In this document: positions 26,769 to 38,900 of the stretch, piece by piece | Numbering within the stretch: position 1 is the stretch's first letter | Layout of the letters: every line of letters begins with the position of its first letter | Notes under the pieces: generated by a model | What the model was told of the DNA's origin: nothing | What the model saw: only the letters and a program-made list of their open reading frames with translations | The model's database searches: none | Source of the DNA: Balanoglossus misakiensis | Lineage: Eukaryota; Animalia; Hemichordata | Reading direction: 5' to 3' | Assembly: GCA_040954595.2 (NCBI GenBank) | Contig: CM082585.2 | Coordinates: 3,006,902-3,070,901, forward strand | Length of the DNA stretch: 64,000 nt | Made by a program: the position numbers and the translations under genes

Positions 26769-27478
26769 AGGACCACTTATATCTTTTCAGCACCATGCCT
26801 TTGTTTACCGCCGCAGGATGACCTTTTGACCCCTACTTTTTCAATATGCTGACGTCAAGGCATTTTCCCGCCGACATTGTAAATCCAGCCATATGAAAGC
26901 AAGTTAGAAAGCTAGGCGACCTTCTAAATGACTAGAAATCGATTCCTATGCGAGCGACTACATAAAAATAGTGATATCCAAGCAGCGATTTTTAGCGAAA
27001 GTTGACAGAGATTTAAAAATGGCGACCCGACGACAGTTACGCATTGATCCATTGCAAGACTAGTAGATAGTAGCTCAGAAAGTGAAGATGAAGAACAAGA
27101 CCAGCCTGACATCGTTACGGACCAAGATGGTGACCCCAACCGCGCGAACGATGAAGAAGAAATCGAGCCAGAGCCCGCGATCCAACCACCCCCACCAGTT
27201 CGGCAACGAGTGAGAAGACTGCCCCGTGCCCGCGAAGTAAACCAACCACCTACATTTGTATGATATGGCAGGGCAACATAATAAACGGTAGGCAGGCTCC
27301 TATTTATAATCAAAGACGTGGACCGACGAGACAAATGCCAGCTGACAGTACACCATTAGATTATTTTCTGGTAGGTAAAATGCTTTATTGCTCTTTTAGG
27401 CCTCCAGCCCATATTGCAAACTTATATTTATACACACAGAATTTTACAGAGAGTACAAAAAGAGAAAAGAGATAAAAA

Positions 27479-30400
27479 TTACAAACATTCTTTTCTCAAA
27501 CTGATTGCTTTGTGAACAAATAAGGCCAGATTTCGTATTTCTTTGTTATTTTCTGAAGCCATGAGTGAGTAATATTTTTCGGGTGTTGGAATTGTATATG
27601 ACCATCTCGGTAAATACATGCTTCTTAAAGTCTGGTATAAAGGACAGATACAAATAAAGTGATATTCGTCCTCGATCTCAGTAGACCCACATACTCTGCA
27701 AATTCTATCTTCAAAGTCGATTCCCTGTGCCCTCCCCTCCTCAACTGCCAAATCAAAACCACAAGTTCTAAGACGAGCGAGGGCACTCCTTAGTTTGAAA
27801 ACAATATTCAATTTTAAGTAGTTCTCTGTATGAAATGATGTTTTAAAGTTACAGTACAAACGAAGTTTACTCTTACTACAGGTGTCTGAGAACCAGTTTT
27901 GTTTGAAAATATCACTTGCTCTTGTCATAAAATTGAGAAGAAAAAGATCAAAATCCCCTGGGCCTTGCCATAGCCATACATCTCCAAAACCGTGTTCATG
28001 CAGAAGACATTTTACATTTGTTGCCCATGATTTTTTCCCATTTTTGTCCAGTGTCACCGATAATTTGTAGGCATGTTTGGCTACTCTGTTTGTGGGCATT
28101 TTTAATAACTTGAACCAGTATAAAATAACTTTCTTAAAAGTGTGAATAAATATTGGATGTCTTCCACAATCTCCTAGAATGCAAGCATCTGGTGTAGTTG
28201 ATTTAACGCCCATAAAGGCTTTACAATATTTCAGTTGTACTCTTTCAGCAACTTGATATCTCTGATATCCCCATATTTCAGATCCATATGTTAAGACTGG
28301 CAAAATCATGGAATCAAAAAGTTTAAAATAGTCTTTAAAAGATAAAGTACCATTGTTTTTAATCATACGGAAAATAGCGCCCATAGCTTTTCTGGCTTGG
28401 TCTGAGAGTACGGTAACAGCTTTACTCCAGATGTTTCTACTTGAAATTATTAAACCTAAATATTTGTAGTAACTGACAGTTTTTAGTTGTTCTCTATTAT
28501 AAAACCATTTTTCACATTTCTTTAAAACACCCCCTCTACGAAAAACAATTATTTGTGACTTTTCCATATTTACAGATAGTTTCCATTTATGACAGAAACA
28601 TTCCAGTACTCTAATCAGTCTTTGTAGCCCAACTGGCGTATCACTAAAAATTGTAACATCATCAGCATAAAGAAGTGCAAATAGGTCGTAAAGTTCTTGA
28701 GTGATTTGAATACCATGATTACCCGAATTTACTAACATATTATTTAATTCATTGATGAACAGAGAAAAAAGAAAAGGACTCAACATACACCCTTGTCGAA
28801 CTCCGACAGAGCAATTAAAGAAATCGGTTACTCCATTTCGGCTCTTGACACAAGATTTAACTTCTTTATAAATGGATTTAAGAATATTATACATTTTGCC
28901 CATGACACCCTCTAGACAAAGTCTATATAACAAGAGATTGTGATTTACTGAATCAAAAGCTTTACTGAAATCTACAAACAAACAATAGAAACGACCTTTT
29001 GATCTAGAAAGATATTTCTGTACCATAATGTGAAGAACAAAGATATTATCAACAGCGCTAAAATCACGTCTGAAACCAGCTTGGCATTCAGTGATACAAC
29101 CTTGCATTTCAGCCCATTTTACAAGTCTCTGATTTAGTATAAAAGTAAAAATCTTGCTTAGACAATTCAATAAAGTGATGCCTCTGAAATTGTTTGGGTC
29201 ATGTAAACTACCCTTCTTATGAAGTGGTACAATTATTCCCTTATTCCACTCGCTTGGAAAAACACCAGAGTCAAAAATGGCATTGAACGTGAAATCAAGT
29301 ACCGTGATTAGACTTTGTTTTGCATTTCGATAAAATTCATTTGGGATACCATCCGGACCCGGGGATTTACCAGCTTTTAACTTATTCAGTGCACAGACGA
29401 TTTCTTGAGTTGTAATATGACTATTTAGAATCTCTTCAGCATCGCTATTTAAATCTTCCGGGGAAGGGGCAAAGTTTTCTAAAAACTCTTCCACAGTAAT
29501 ATCAAACCTTGTTCTATGCCATTTTGGGTTATGGAGGGTTTTAAAATGATTTATCCAGTCACTAGAGGAAATATTTGAAAAAGATTTCATACCTCCCATA
29601 AAACGCTTAACATGTTGCCAGATATTTTGTCCCTGTGACCCAACATTTCTACAGATGGAGCTTTTAAAGCTTTCTTTGTTTACTCTACATATTGTTTTAA
29701 AGTTTGATTTCTGTTCTTTGTATATACTCAGACTATTCATGTCATTTGATGCTCTGAAATTTCTAAGTGCTTTGTACATTTTTTTCTTAGCAGTTTCACA
29801 GTCTTTATTGAACCATTTTGGCTGCGATGATCTGGTTTTGTCTCCTGTAAATGTTTTGATGGTCATCTTCTGGTAATCGGTGGCAGCCCAATATAACAAA
29901 TCATAAACTCCATTTATCAACTCATTTACATTTTGTCTATCCCATTCAAGAACCCGCTTTACACGCTCTTCACCTTCCTTAGAAGCAATATAAGTATTGA
30001 AATTACCAAGTTTTTCTTTGTCCCATTTGAAATAAGAATATTTATGCAAATCAACATCAATGACTTTTGATTTTGTATTTCTTACATGACGGCAAAACCG
30101 TTTAATATTTATGGTACACGCCAGAGGAAAATGATCAGAATCACTCTTATCTTCGACACTGAACTCGGAGATGTCAGTAAAGAGTATGCTAGAAGCAATA
30201 ATATAATCTACTACACTTGTCCCTCTGTTTGCAATACATGTAAATTCCCCTTGGAGGTCTCTTCCCCATCTACCATTTAGAAAGTGAATAGAGTGATCCC
30301 GACACAGTTCCAATAGCCTTCTACCAAAAGAGTTAATCACCAAATCTTTCGATTTTCGTTGAATATCAAAATTGTCCACCTCATAATTTTCTGGACTTAG

Positions 30401-30967
30401 TGGGATGTGCACAATCGAGTCGTTTAAAATAAAGTCATAATCATGGGCAGTTCTGGCATTAAAATCACCCATAATCAACAAATTACATTCTGGGTGGTTA
30501 GATTTGAAATCAACAATCTGACGATCAAGCAGCTCAATACCGTTTTTTTCAAAGACATAACTTTTTGAGCCTTCTGGGGGAATGTAAACGCAACCTAAAA
30601 TTACATCAGTTTGAAAGCCAAAAACTTTACTATCTAACATAAGAAACACAGAATCGGATAAATCGGAGTGCATTCTGGTTATACCAGCACAACACCAATC
30701 TTTGAGAAAAACAGAGACTCCACCACCCACTCTGCCTTTTCTGGCTGTTTTTTCTCTACACACATGGTAGGCTGTAAAACCATTTAGAATGCTGTCTGGA
30801 AGTATATCTTTGTGCAACCAGGTCTCAAGTAAACAGACAACATCAAAATTTGCAAGATATTCAAGAAATGATGTACACGATAGCTTACTAGATAAACCTT
30901 GAACATTCCAAGAAATTAAACGAATACTCTCTCGACTACAGTGGTCCTTAGAACCTTGGCCACAATC
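27479..30967 (-). CDS. LINE ORF2: APE endonuclease, reverse transcriptase and C-terminal Cys/His knuckle (1162 codons, no initiator AUG)
   Basis: The frame is open from the codon after the ORF1 stop: SWNVQG, LLETW, GDFNAR, DYI, SDH (APE); QAGFR, DFSKAFD, GVRQG, YADD (RT); CRVC..EDEYHFICIC. The listed start at 30817 is TTG. Confidence 0.9.
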   Translation of the reverse strand, partial: DCGQGSKDHCSRESIRLISWNVQGLSSKLSCTSFLEYLANFDVVCLLETWLHKDILPDSILNGFTAYHVCREKTARKGRVGGGVSVFLKDWCCAGITRMHSDLSDSVFLMLDSKVFGFQTDVILGCVYIPPEGSKSYVFEKNGIELLDRQIVDFKSNHPECNLLIMGDFNARTAHDYDFILNDSIVHIPLSPENYEVDNFDIQRKSKDLVINSFGRRLLELCRDHSIHFLNGRWGRDLQGEFTCIANRGTSVVDYIIASSILFTDISEFSVEDKSDSDHFPLACTINIKRFCRHVRNTKSKVIDVDLHKYSYFKWDKEKLGNFNTYIASKEGEERVKRVLEWDRQNVNELINGVYDLLYWAATDYQKMTIKTFTGDKTRSSQPKWFNKDCETAKKKMYKALRNFRASNDMNSLSIYKEQKSNFKTICRVNKESFKSSICRNVGSQGQNIWQHVKRFMGGMKSFSNISSSDWINHFKTLHNPKWHRTRFDITVEEFLENFAPSPEDLNSDAEEILNSHITTQEIVCALNKLKAGKSPGPDGIPNEFYRNAKQSLITVLDFTFNAIFDSGVFPSEWNKGIIVPLHKKGSLHDPNNFRGITLLNCLSKIFTFILNQRLVKWAEMQGCITECQAGFRRDFSAVDNIFVLHIMVQKYLSRSKGRFYCLFVDFSKAFDSVNHNLLLYRLCLEGVMGKMYNILKSIYKEVKSCVKSRNGVTDFFNCSVGVRQGCMLSPFLFSLFINELNNMLVNSGNHGIQITQELYDLFALLYADDVTIFSDTPVGLQRLIRVLECFCHKWKLSVNMEKSQIIVFRRGGVLKKCEKWFYNREQLKTVSYYKYLGLIISSRNIWSKAVTVLSDQARKAMGAIFRMIKNNGTLSFKDYFKLFDSMILPVLTYGSEIWGYQRYQVAERVQLKYCKAFMGVKSTTPDACILGDCGRHPIFIHTFKKVILYWFKLLKMPTNRVAKHAYKLSVTLDKNGKKSWATNVKCLLHEHGFGDVWLWQGPGDFDLFLLNFMTRASDIFKQNWFSDTCSKSKLRLYCNFKTSFHTENYLKLNIVFKLRSALARLRTCGFDLAVEEGRAQGIDFEDRICRVCGSTEIEDEYHFICICPLYQTLRSMYLPRWSYTIPTPEKYYSLMASENNKEIRNLALFVHKAISLRKECL

Positions 30968-32188
30968 CTATCTCAATTGACTTTGTTTAATGACAGAGTC
31001 TGTATATTTATCATAGATATACACTACTTTAATGTCATGTTCATATGCTACAAGTTTCTTATAATTTACAAATGCCTTTATGCCAAGTCCCAACAATTCC
31101 TTACGCTTACCGAAAAGTTTCTTTCTGATGAAGCTTGTCTCTGGAGAAAAGTGTTCATCCACGTAGATATTTGTACCGCGCAGCGCCTTTCCCCTTGATA
31201 GTATCTTTTCTTTGTCTTTTAGCTTGCTGCACATTGCGACGATGGGTCTGTTGGTACGAGTGCCCGTTGATAAACGGTGTACTCGTTCGAATTCAATGTT
31301 GTCCGTAATGTTCATCTGTTCCTTGATCAAAGTCTTTATTTTCTGTTCTGTTTCTTCCCATGTTTCTTTCTCGTCTTCTTCAACCCCACGAAAAACAAGG
31401 TTGTTTCGTTTGGACCGGTCATCCATCTCTGCTTTCGCATTTCGTAGATTTCCCATTTCGACTTCCATTTTGGCGATGTCTTTTTCTAAGTCATCCATCT
31501 TTTTGAGTTTTTCTTTGTTTCCTTCAGCAATTCGTCTGACATCGTCCATCGAGTCTTCCATATTGTTAAGCTGTGTTTCTATATTTTCTATCTTCTTATT
31601 TAGCGCTTTAGTGTCTCTTTTCAGCTCTCTCATGTTGCTTTGTATGTCTTTCAGCATATCGGTGATATCGTCCGTTTTTGTTGCCGATTTGAGTTCCCCT
31701 GTTTTAGTAAGCGTTGCTTGACGAGTCTCAGGCCCAGGGTTCATTTCAACGTCTCCAGAAAGCTGTATAAGTCTGCTTATAAATGGGTTTCTCCTTGCTG
31801 GCATGTCGATATAGCACTGCAATGCTACGGCGGAGCATGTGCACGGTAGAAAAAGAGTTCCAGTACACTGAGTGTCCAGTCCGCTGTCTGTGTCGTTTCT
31901 CGCCGTTTCTTGCAAATGTATTCCAAATTTATATTCGGCGGGAAAGGATGTTATTTTGCCAGTTGTCAGCAACCAATGGTGTAGGTTCTCAGAACTGTGA
32001 ACAATGGTCCATGCACCAATTGATATGTAAATACATACAAATATGCAGCTGGCCATCCGGAATGCAAACTCGTTTACTGAAGTCCATTTCGAATACGGCG
32101 TATACTTGGAGATTTCTACACCTCGCCAACATTTTGGGTGAGTAAACGTTCCAATGGCGGACCTCCACTGCAAAATATCCATACCCAT
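30968..32188 (-). CDS. LINE ORF1: hydrophobic N-terminal part, 2A-like peptide, coiled coil and L1-type RRM
   Basis: LSGDVEMNPGP at 31730-31762, heptad-rich segment, then RSKRNNLVFRGVEE..IEFERVHR..RPIVA. Confidence 0.88.
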   Translation of the reverse strand: MGMDILQWRSAIGTFTHPKCWRGVEISKYTPYSKWTSVNEFAFRMASCIFVCIYISIGAWTIVHSSENLHHWLLTTGKITSFPAEYKFGIHLQETARNDTDSGLDTQCTGTLFLPCTCSAVALQCYIDMPARRNPFISRLIQLSGDVEMNPGPETRQATLTKTGELKSATKTDDITDMLKDIQSNMRELKRDTKALNKKIENIETQLNNMEDSMDDVRRIAEGNKEKLKKMDDLEKDIAKMEVEMGNLRNAKAEMDDRSKRNNLVFRGVEEDEKETWEETEQKIKTLIKEQMNITDNIEFERVHRLSTGTRTNRPIVAMCSKLKDKEKILSRGKALRGTNIYVDEHFSPETSFIRKKLFGKRKELLGLGIKAFVNYKKLVAYEHDIKVVYIYDKYTDSVIKQSQLR

Positions 32189-32882
32189 AGTTTCTCTGAC
32201 ACTTATGTCACCGGATAGAACCGACTTTCGTACTGAAGACTTTCGTTCTTCCAGAGAAAAGTTGAAATTTGTGAGAGCTCAGAATTCTGCTTGTTCAACG
32301 TACTCTCTGTAACAGCGCCCTCCTAGATTATTTTCGGACATTTCTCGACGATGACATAATTCGACTTTTAGTAAACATGACTAACCTCAACGCGGCTAGG
32401 AAACGACAGCGCAACAATGACAGGGGGGCTTGGACAGACGTTGACGAGTTAGAGGTTAGGGCATTTTTAGGTTTATGTTTGGCCATGGGAGTCCTCATTT
32501 TACCGACTATCGACATGTATTGGAGGAAAACTGACCGACTGTTTCGTTGTAATTTCCCTGAGGTCATGTCTAGAAATAGATTCCAACAGATCTATCGCTA
32601 CTTACATGTTTCCGATGATGATTTACAACAGCCGAGAGGACAACCGGGGTATGACAAACTATTCAAAATTAGATAATTTTTAGATCGAATAAATGCGAAC
32701 TTTTTTGACGCTTTTGTTTCTTCCCGCGAGATATCCATCGACGAATCCATCATACCGTTCAAGGGAAGACTGTCCTTTAGAGTATTTATAAGAAACAAGA
32801 CCCACAGATTTGGTATCAAAACTAGTCTTGGGTTTATCTGAAGCCGAAACTGGTTATGTCAAAAGGCTTCAGATTTATCAAG

Positions 32883-33439
32883 GTCAGTATCCCCCTAATG
32901 TGTTTTCAATTTATTTGCATGTTCATAAAAATTGTAAATGATAACAGACCAATTATTGCTACTAACAATTCTGATATTACCTAATTCTTTTTCCAAACTT
33001 TTTTATTTGAGTCTGCATGCTACCTTAGTTCTTATTATAATATATTGTCTAATATACATGTTAGAAAAGCATTGATCCATATTTTCTACAAGTGACATAT
33101 GTTGGCCAGTATTAGATTTCTTAGATACAGTAAGTGTTTATTCTGATAATTTTTTATAATTTTCATTTTTTTTAATAAATTTATTATGTAATTTACTTCT
33201 GATTTTTTTACAATTTTTACTAATTGTAAAGATTCGATATTATCGAGTGACTTGTGGATCATGTGGAGTAAAAAGTTGTAATTTTACAAAGGTAGTTTAC
33301 CTCAAATAAAAATGCTGATACTCATGATGATTTCCATGATTGAGTGTAAATAACTGTTATGATTTTAAAATTCTTACACTTGCAAAAATTACAAAATTTT
33401 CAAAGTAATGTTTATTTTGTGTGTTTATTCCTGTTTCAG
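32883..33439 (+). other. Spliceosomal intron within the piggyBac transposase
   Basis: CAAG|GTCAGT ... CCTGTTTCAG|GG. Splicing restores IYQGKEG in frame; the intervening sequence is very AT-rich. Confidence 0.75.
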
Positions 33440-35948
33440 GGAAAGAGGGCCAGAGACCGGAAGTTGGGCAAGCAAGGCGAGTAGTTTTTGATCTCTTGCA
33501 GGGGTTACAAAATTTAGGGCATCATTTGTATACTGACAACTTTTATACAAGTGTTAGGTTAGCTAACGATCTCTACCAACAGGGCACCTTGACAGTTCGA
33601 TTTAGTTCTGCACTGCCAGAAGACATCAGGCTCACCAACGTTGAGAGGGGCACCATGCGATGGAGGATGGCTGGCCCTGTTCTAGCCACTAGCTGGATGG
33701 ATAGGAAGCCAGTGTATTTTCTATCTACCATTCATTCTCCAGAGGACCATGGTGTGCCAGTGACTGTGGATAGACGCCAGGCTGGGGGATCCCGGCAGGT
33801 TCTATGTCCACCACTGCTCCGGATTACAACCGATACATGGGAGGTGTAGATTTGTGCGATCAGATGATCCAGTACTCTGGGTATGCTTGAAAATCAGTTC
33901 GCTGGTACCGACGTGTCCTGTTTTACTGCATAGAGGTGGCCATCCTGAATGCTTACATCATCGAGGGCTGCATCACACCACATGTCCAGGAACATCACCG
34001 GAAGCGGAGCATGTTGAGTTTTCGCATTCAACTTATCAACCAGCTGACAGACCAATGGCGAGCCCACCGTTCACTACACACACCCTACAACCGCATCACC
34101 CAAGAACAACGTTTGGAAGGACGCCATAGACCAGCGCGTGTTACCACTGGTGGACGACAGTGTGTTGTTTGTAGTGAGACCATCAGACACTCTGCCCGTC
34201 CAGAAGACATCGCAAGAGTACGGAACAGGTCATACCCGAGAACTGTCTTCAAATGTGTACAATGTGATGTATTCTTATGTATACAGAGTACAGATAGGGC
34301 CGATGGCAGGACCTGCTTTGACAGGTTTCATGACCTTGTGGAGTTCTGGCGTTGAGCAGCAAGTAATGTCATCAATGGTCTCCAGACCAAGTGGACAACT
34401 GCTGTTCATGAGTCAGTATTGTCGTTACAGGTTGATACTATGTTGTGGCTTAGTTCTGTCAACGCCCCTATTAGTATGCATAATGATACATCAGATTGCT
34501 CACATTTTCAACAACACCGAGTAAATCATCTTGTGACCAGTGAAGTGTATAATACCATGTCAACATCTATGGTTTGTATATTGTGTAACTGCAACGGTTA
34601 TATTTGCAGTGTATAAGAGTTGTCAGTATCAGATGAGATAATGGGTCCATTTCAGTGTTTATTTAGGGTTAATTTTTCCAAGAATAAAAGATAGGAGATT
34701 AGATTCAAAATAGTGCAGACAATGCCTTTTTGTTTTCTTCATAGCAACCTGCTGATAGAAAAAAATCATGTTATGATACACTTTGAGTACTGCAGTCGTT
34801 CTGTTTTATTTTCTTCAGAGTAACTGTTGGTAGATGGGAAAGGACGACGTATGGATGACATGGATATCTCGGACAGTGACAACAGACAGCGACAGTGACA
34901 TGATGGAATCATCACAGCCCCATTTTGTACATGTATTTGACCCCCCACCCACCCAGGTTTCCAAAACATGTTTTCACTCACAATATTCTGATGGTTTTTG
35001 GCCTGTTATTTTTTGCACTTCCTTTGTTTATTTTTTTAAAGTTTGTTATAGCAGGAAAGAATAAAATAAATATTGGTTTTATTTCAATAAAATTGTGTTT
35101 TCTTGTGTTCTTGCATGTTATGTCATAGACTTTGCAAACTGTGATCAGTTTTATGTTCAGTTCTGCAATGATTGCCAAGTAACTGTATATACTGCGATAT
35201 GACTGGCTTGTAAACATACACAGAATGGGGGAAAATACCTCTGTATCTTCAAATATTATAAACAATTTTATGTCAGTTCATTGTGATTTGTTATAAAACA
35301 AAGGTTTGGTGATGGAAAATCATGATTTTTTGAAGATCTACTAGGAAAATATATAACTATATGAAAAAATATCCATTTTTTACATTCTGGTGGCCATTAT
35401 GAATATATAATGAGGTCACATGATCTTAATTTGCATATTTTTGGGACAACAGTTTTATGGTGATTCCAAAAATATATGGTTATTGGGAGTAATCTTTGAT
35501 AATTTCAAGTCCTAAATGTTATGCCAGATGATGTGATGACGTCCCTAAACCTTATCCAAGGCCTTTTGTTTGCTGTATACTTGATGAGCCAGACTGAGTG
35601 AAATACCTGTGTATCTTCAAATGTTATGAGCAATTTCATGTCAGTTCATTGTGATTTGTTATAAAACAAAGGTTTGGTGATGGAAAATCATGATTTTTTG
35701 AAGATCTACTAGGAAAATATATAAATATATGAAACAATATCCAGTTTTTTTACATTCTGGTGGCCATTTTGAATATATAATGAGGTCACATGATCTTAAT
35801 TTGCATATTTTGGGGACAATAGTTCTATGGCGATTCCAAAAATATATGGTTATACGGGGTTATCCTTGATAATTTTAGAAGCCAGCAGTAATTCCAAAAG
35901 GTACCTAAAAATGTTTCTCAAGCTCTCAGGGCCCTGGGGTTCAAAGGG

Positions 35949-38900
35949 TTAATGCATTACAACCGCTGTGTTAGCTTTTTGCTCAGTAAAATTAGTGTGA
36001 TCATCAAACTGGATGACCATTCTCACCATGCATGATAAAAAAAACGTAGCATCATAATTATGCAGGTGCGGTACTGACCTCACAACACTGTCAGAAAATT
36101 CACATCCTACCATTATGTTGCCAAAAACGGCACCACATTCAAGCCAAGGAAAATGTATCGCACGTTGTTTCCTATGTACACCAGTCTTCCATTAATCACA
36201 AAAACGTGACTTTATATGTAGGCCTACATTTGTACTTTTCGTAATTTACTTCTTGGTCTGTTATTGACAGTACACACGCGCACGCATGCACTCTAAAGTG
36301 GGTGAATTTTGTTATAGGAACACTGACCAATGGGCCACTAACCAAAGTTCAACATTAGACCAACGACCGTACTGAATGTGACGGTCATTATTCATGCACT
36401 CACAACGCTGTATTCGGGTCGTTAATAAGTTCATTTGAAGTGGGTTGCGTGGCAGTCATACACACAGAGGTCAATTTGAGCACCACATTATTTGTACTTG
36501 ATGTGGTTCTATACTCGAAACGTTCAGGGGATCATGCCGACATTGAAAAGTTTACGATTTGTCTATTTGCTACATATTTCACTCAGTCCTACAAGTCTCT
36601 CGGTATCATTCTTTAAGTGTATCAAGGCAGATCGCATGTTACAGTAGCAAACTGCGGAGTCATGTCTGCATTCGCGGGTCATGCTAGGTGAACGACTTGT
36701 GAGTTTAGGACTAGATCGAGGGCAGAGCGTCTGTGTCTATCCAATTTCAACCGTACCTTGACTTCAATGGGAATATTAACTGGGGGGGGGGGGGGTCAAA
36801 CGCTGGAGCAGTGCATCTCAGAACGGGTCACTTGTATATTAACTGGGGGGGGGGGGGGTCAAACGCTGGAGCAGTGCATCTCAGAACGGGTCACTTGTTA
36901 AATTCCAGAGGAATTGGTTTTTATTTGCAGGGACACTTAACGTAAATTTTGTTCGGTGACTTTGATATATGCAGTCACCTTCTCTCATTAAAATGTTCAT
37001 ATTTAGCCCGTAGTAAACCACGTGAGCATCAATTTAGTTGAAACAGTTTCATCCGATAACCATATAATCATAATTTGCGCGTCTTCGAAAACAACTTGTC
37101 TCGCGTATGTGCAGACACAGGTGGTGATGCCGTCAGCGGAGATAACGGCTTATTCCTCCTGGTGGAATTATCTATCGCCTTTATGCTGGAAAAACAACCG
37201 TCAGGCGTTCCCTGATATTCCTTGTTGATATATGAGTGGACGGTGAATTATAAAGGATGCTTTGAAAGTGCATATTCTCAGCTGCATGGTGGTGCCGAGC
37301 AGACGTTGAAAGAATATAGTCTTTAGAATATGGCAAAACTGCACGGTAACAGAGGTGATTATTTCTTCGATGATTACACCGTTCTGTTGTGTTGGTTGGA
37401 ACAAGGTTTGGTTGATTTTAACCCGTTCACCCATTTCCTTGTATAGAGGTCCATCTTTACCGTAGAAAACGATTGATTTGGACCATAGTGGTGAAAGGGT
37501 TAAATGTGTTTTGTACAAAAAATAGCTTTGAGTCTATCATAAAAAAATTGCTCCACAATCACCGTTTGGAAAAAAAAATTCTGCCACGGTTGATGAACCT
37601 GTTGCCATATCCAATTCCTCCAGCCCCCCCCCCCCCGCCCCCTCACACACAAACACACACACCGAAAAAAGAGTAATGTTTGAGTGAAAAAAGGTATCTG
37701 TTTGATTCGAAGGGGCACTGTTATATTATGCGGCTCTATATTCGGGTGTGCGCTGGGGCTTGTAATTTGAAAAATCCAGTCATCAATGCTAGGCGATGCA
37801 TAAGTGTTTGCAGAACCCCCAAACTTCGCTTAGATTCTTGCTCAGCCGGGGACACGCAATTGTTATGCCTGTGAGAGACGTTAATGCATTACAACCGCTG
37901 TGTTAGGTTTTGCTCAGTGAAATTAGTGCGATCGTGTATCACATACTAGAACACCATTCTCACCATGCATGATTAAATAAATAAAGTAAACAGACCTCTT
38001 TGTGTATGACTGCCACGCAACCCACTTCAACTGAACTTATTAACGACCCGACTACAGCGTTGTGAGTGCTTGAATAATCACCGCCACATTCAGTACGGTC
38101 GTTGGTCTTATGTTGAACTTTGGTCAGTGGCCCATTGGTCACTGGCCCCATAACAAAATTCGCCCACTTTATAGTGCGTGCGTGCGCGTGTGTATGTGTG
38201 CTTCCCTTCTAGGTCGTTAATTTAGTGTTCGGCGTCCAAGTCACCCCCTTTGCAATTGTGTGCTCAGACGCGAGACAGGTTGTTGTTTACGAAGATACCT
38301 GAATTGCGAAAATACTGCCATTTCCCTTTCCGCTGATTCTCTACTTCTTGCTTCACGTGACCAGACAAACTTGGCAGTTGGTCACCGTCATAGGACCGGA
38401 CCCTCCGATAGTTTTCTATATACTTGAAAAGTTCAGGGGATCATGCCGACATTTAAAAGTGAACGATTTGTCTATATGCTACATATTTCACCCAGTCCTA
38501 CAAGTCTCTCGGTATCATTCTTTAAGTGTATCAAGGCATATCGCATGTAGCAAGCTGCGGAGTCATGTCTGCATTCGCGGGTCATGCTAGGTGAACGACT
38601 TGTGAGTTTAGGACTTGATCGAGGGCAGAGCGTCTATGTCGATCCAATTTCAACCGTACCTTGACTTCAATGGGAATGTTAAATGGGGCGGTCAAACGCT
38701 GGAGCAGTGCATCTCAGAACGGGTCATTTGTTAAATTCCAGAGGAATTGGTTTTTATTTGCAGGGACACTTAACGTAACTTTTGTTCGGTGACTTTGATA
38801 TATGCAGTCACCTTCTCTCATTAAAATGTCCATATTTAGCCCGTGGTTAACCACGTGAGCATCAATTTAGTTGAAACAGTTTCTTCCGATAACCATATTT

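Larger units (their letters stand above)
27369..32323 (-). mobile_element. Full-length RTE-X-like LINE with 12-bp TSD
   Basis: TAGATTATTTTC is duplicated at 27357-27368 and 32324-32335. Two intact ORFs. 3' end AATAAAGCATTTTACCTACCA. Confidence 0.9.
26770..35948 (+). mobile_element. piggyBac (PGBD4-like) transposon, defective, left end missing, interrupted by a LINE
   Basis: Acidic N-terminus from about 27019; TPLDYF resumes at 32324. Catalytic-region motifs SIDESII, YTDNFYTS and GGVDLCDQ, and a C-terminal CVVC..CVQC..LC..CF..FH domain ending at 34355. Right end ...GGGGTTCAAAGGG followed by TTAA (35949-35952). Subterminal direct repeats at about 35230-35510 and 35600-35875. Confidence 0.85.

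Noticed and set aside
24959-26852. Long ORFs of YIHT/MYVC repeats (500-900 aa)
   Set aside because: Translation artefacts of (CATA)n, which has no stop codon in any frame. Only the non-repetitive minus-strand part below 25146 is retrotransposon coding.
37022-37228. ORF repeated at 38843-39061 as a conserved small gene
   Set aside because: The similarity is explained by the recent segmental duplication; non-ATG start and no recognisable motif.
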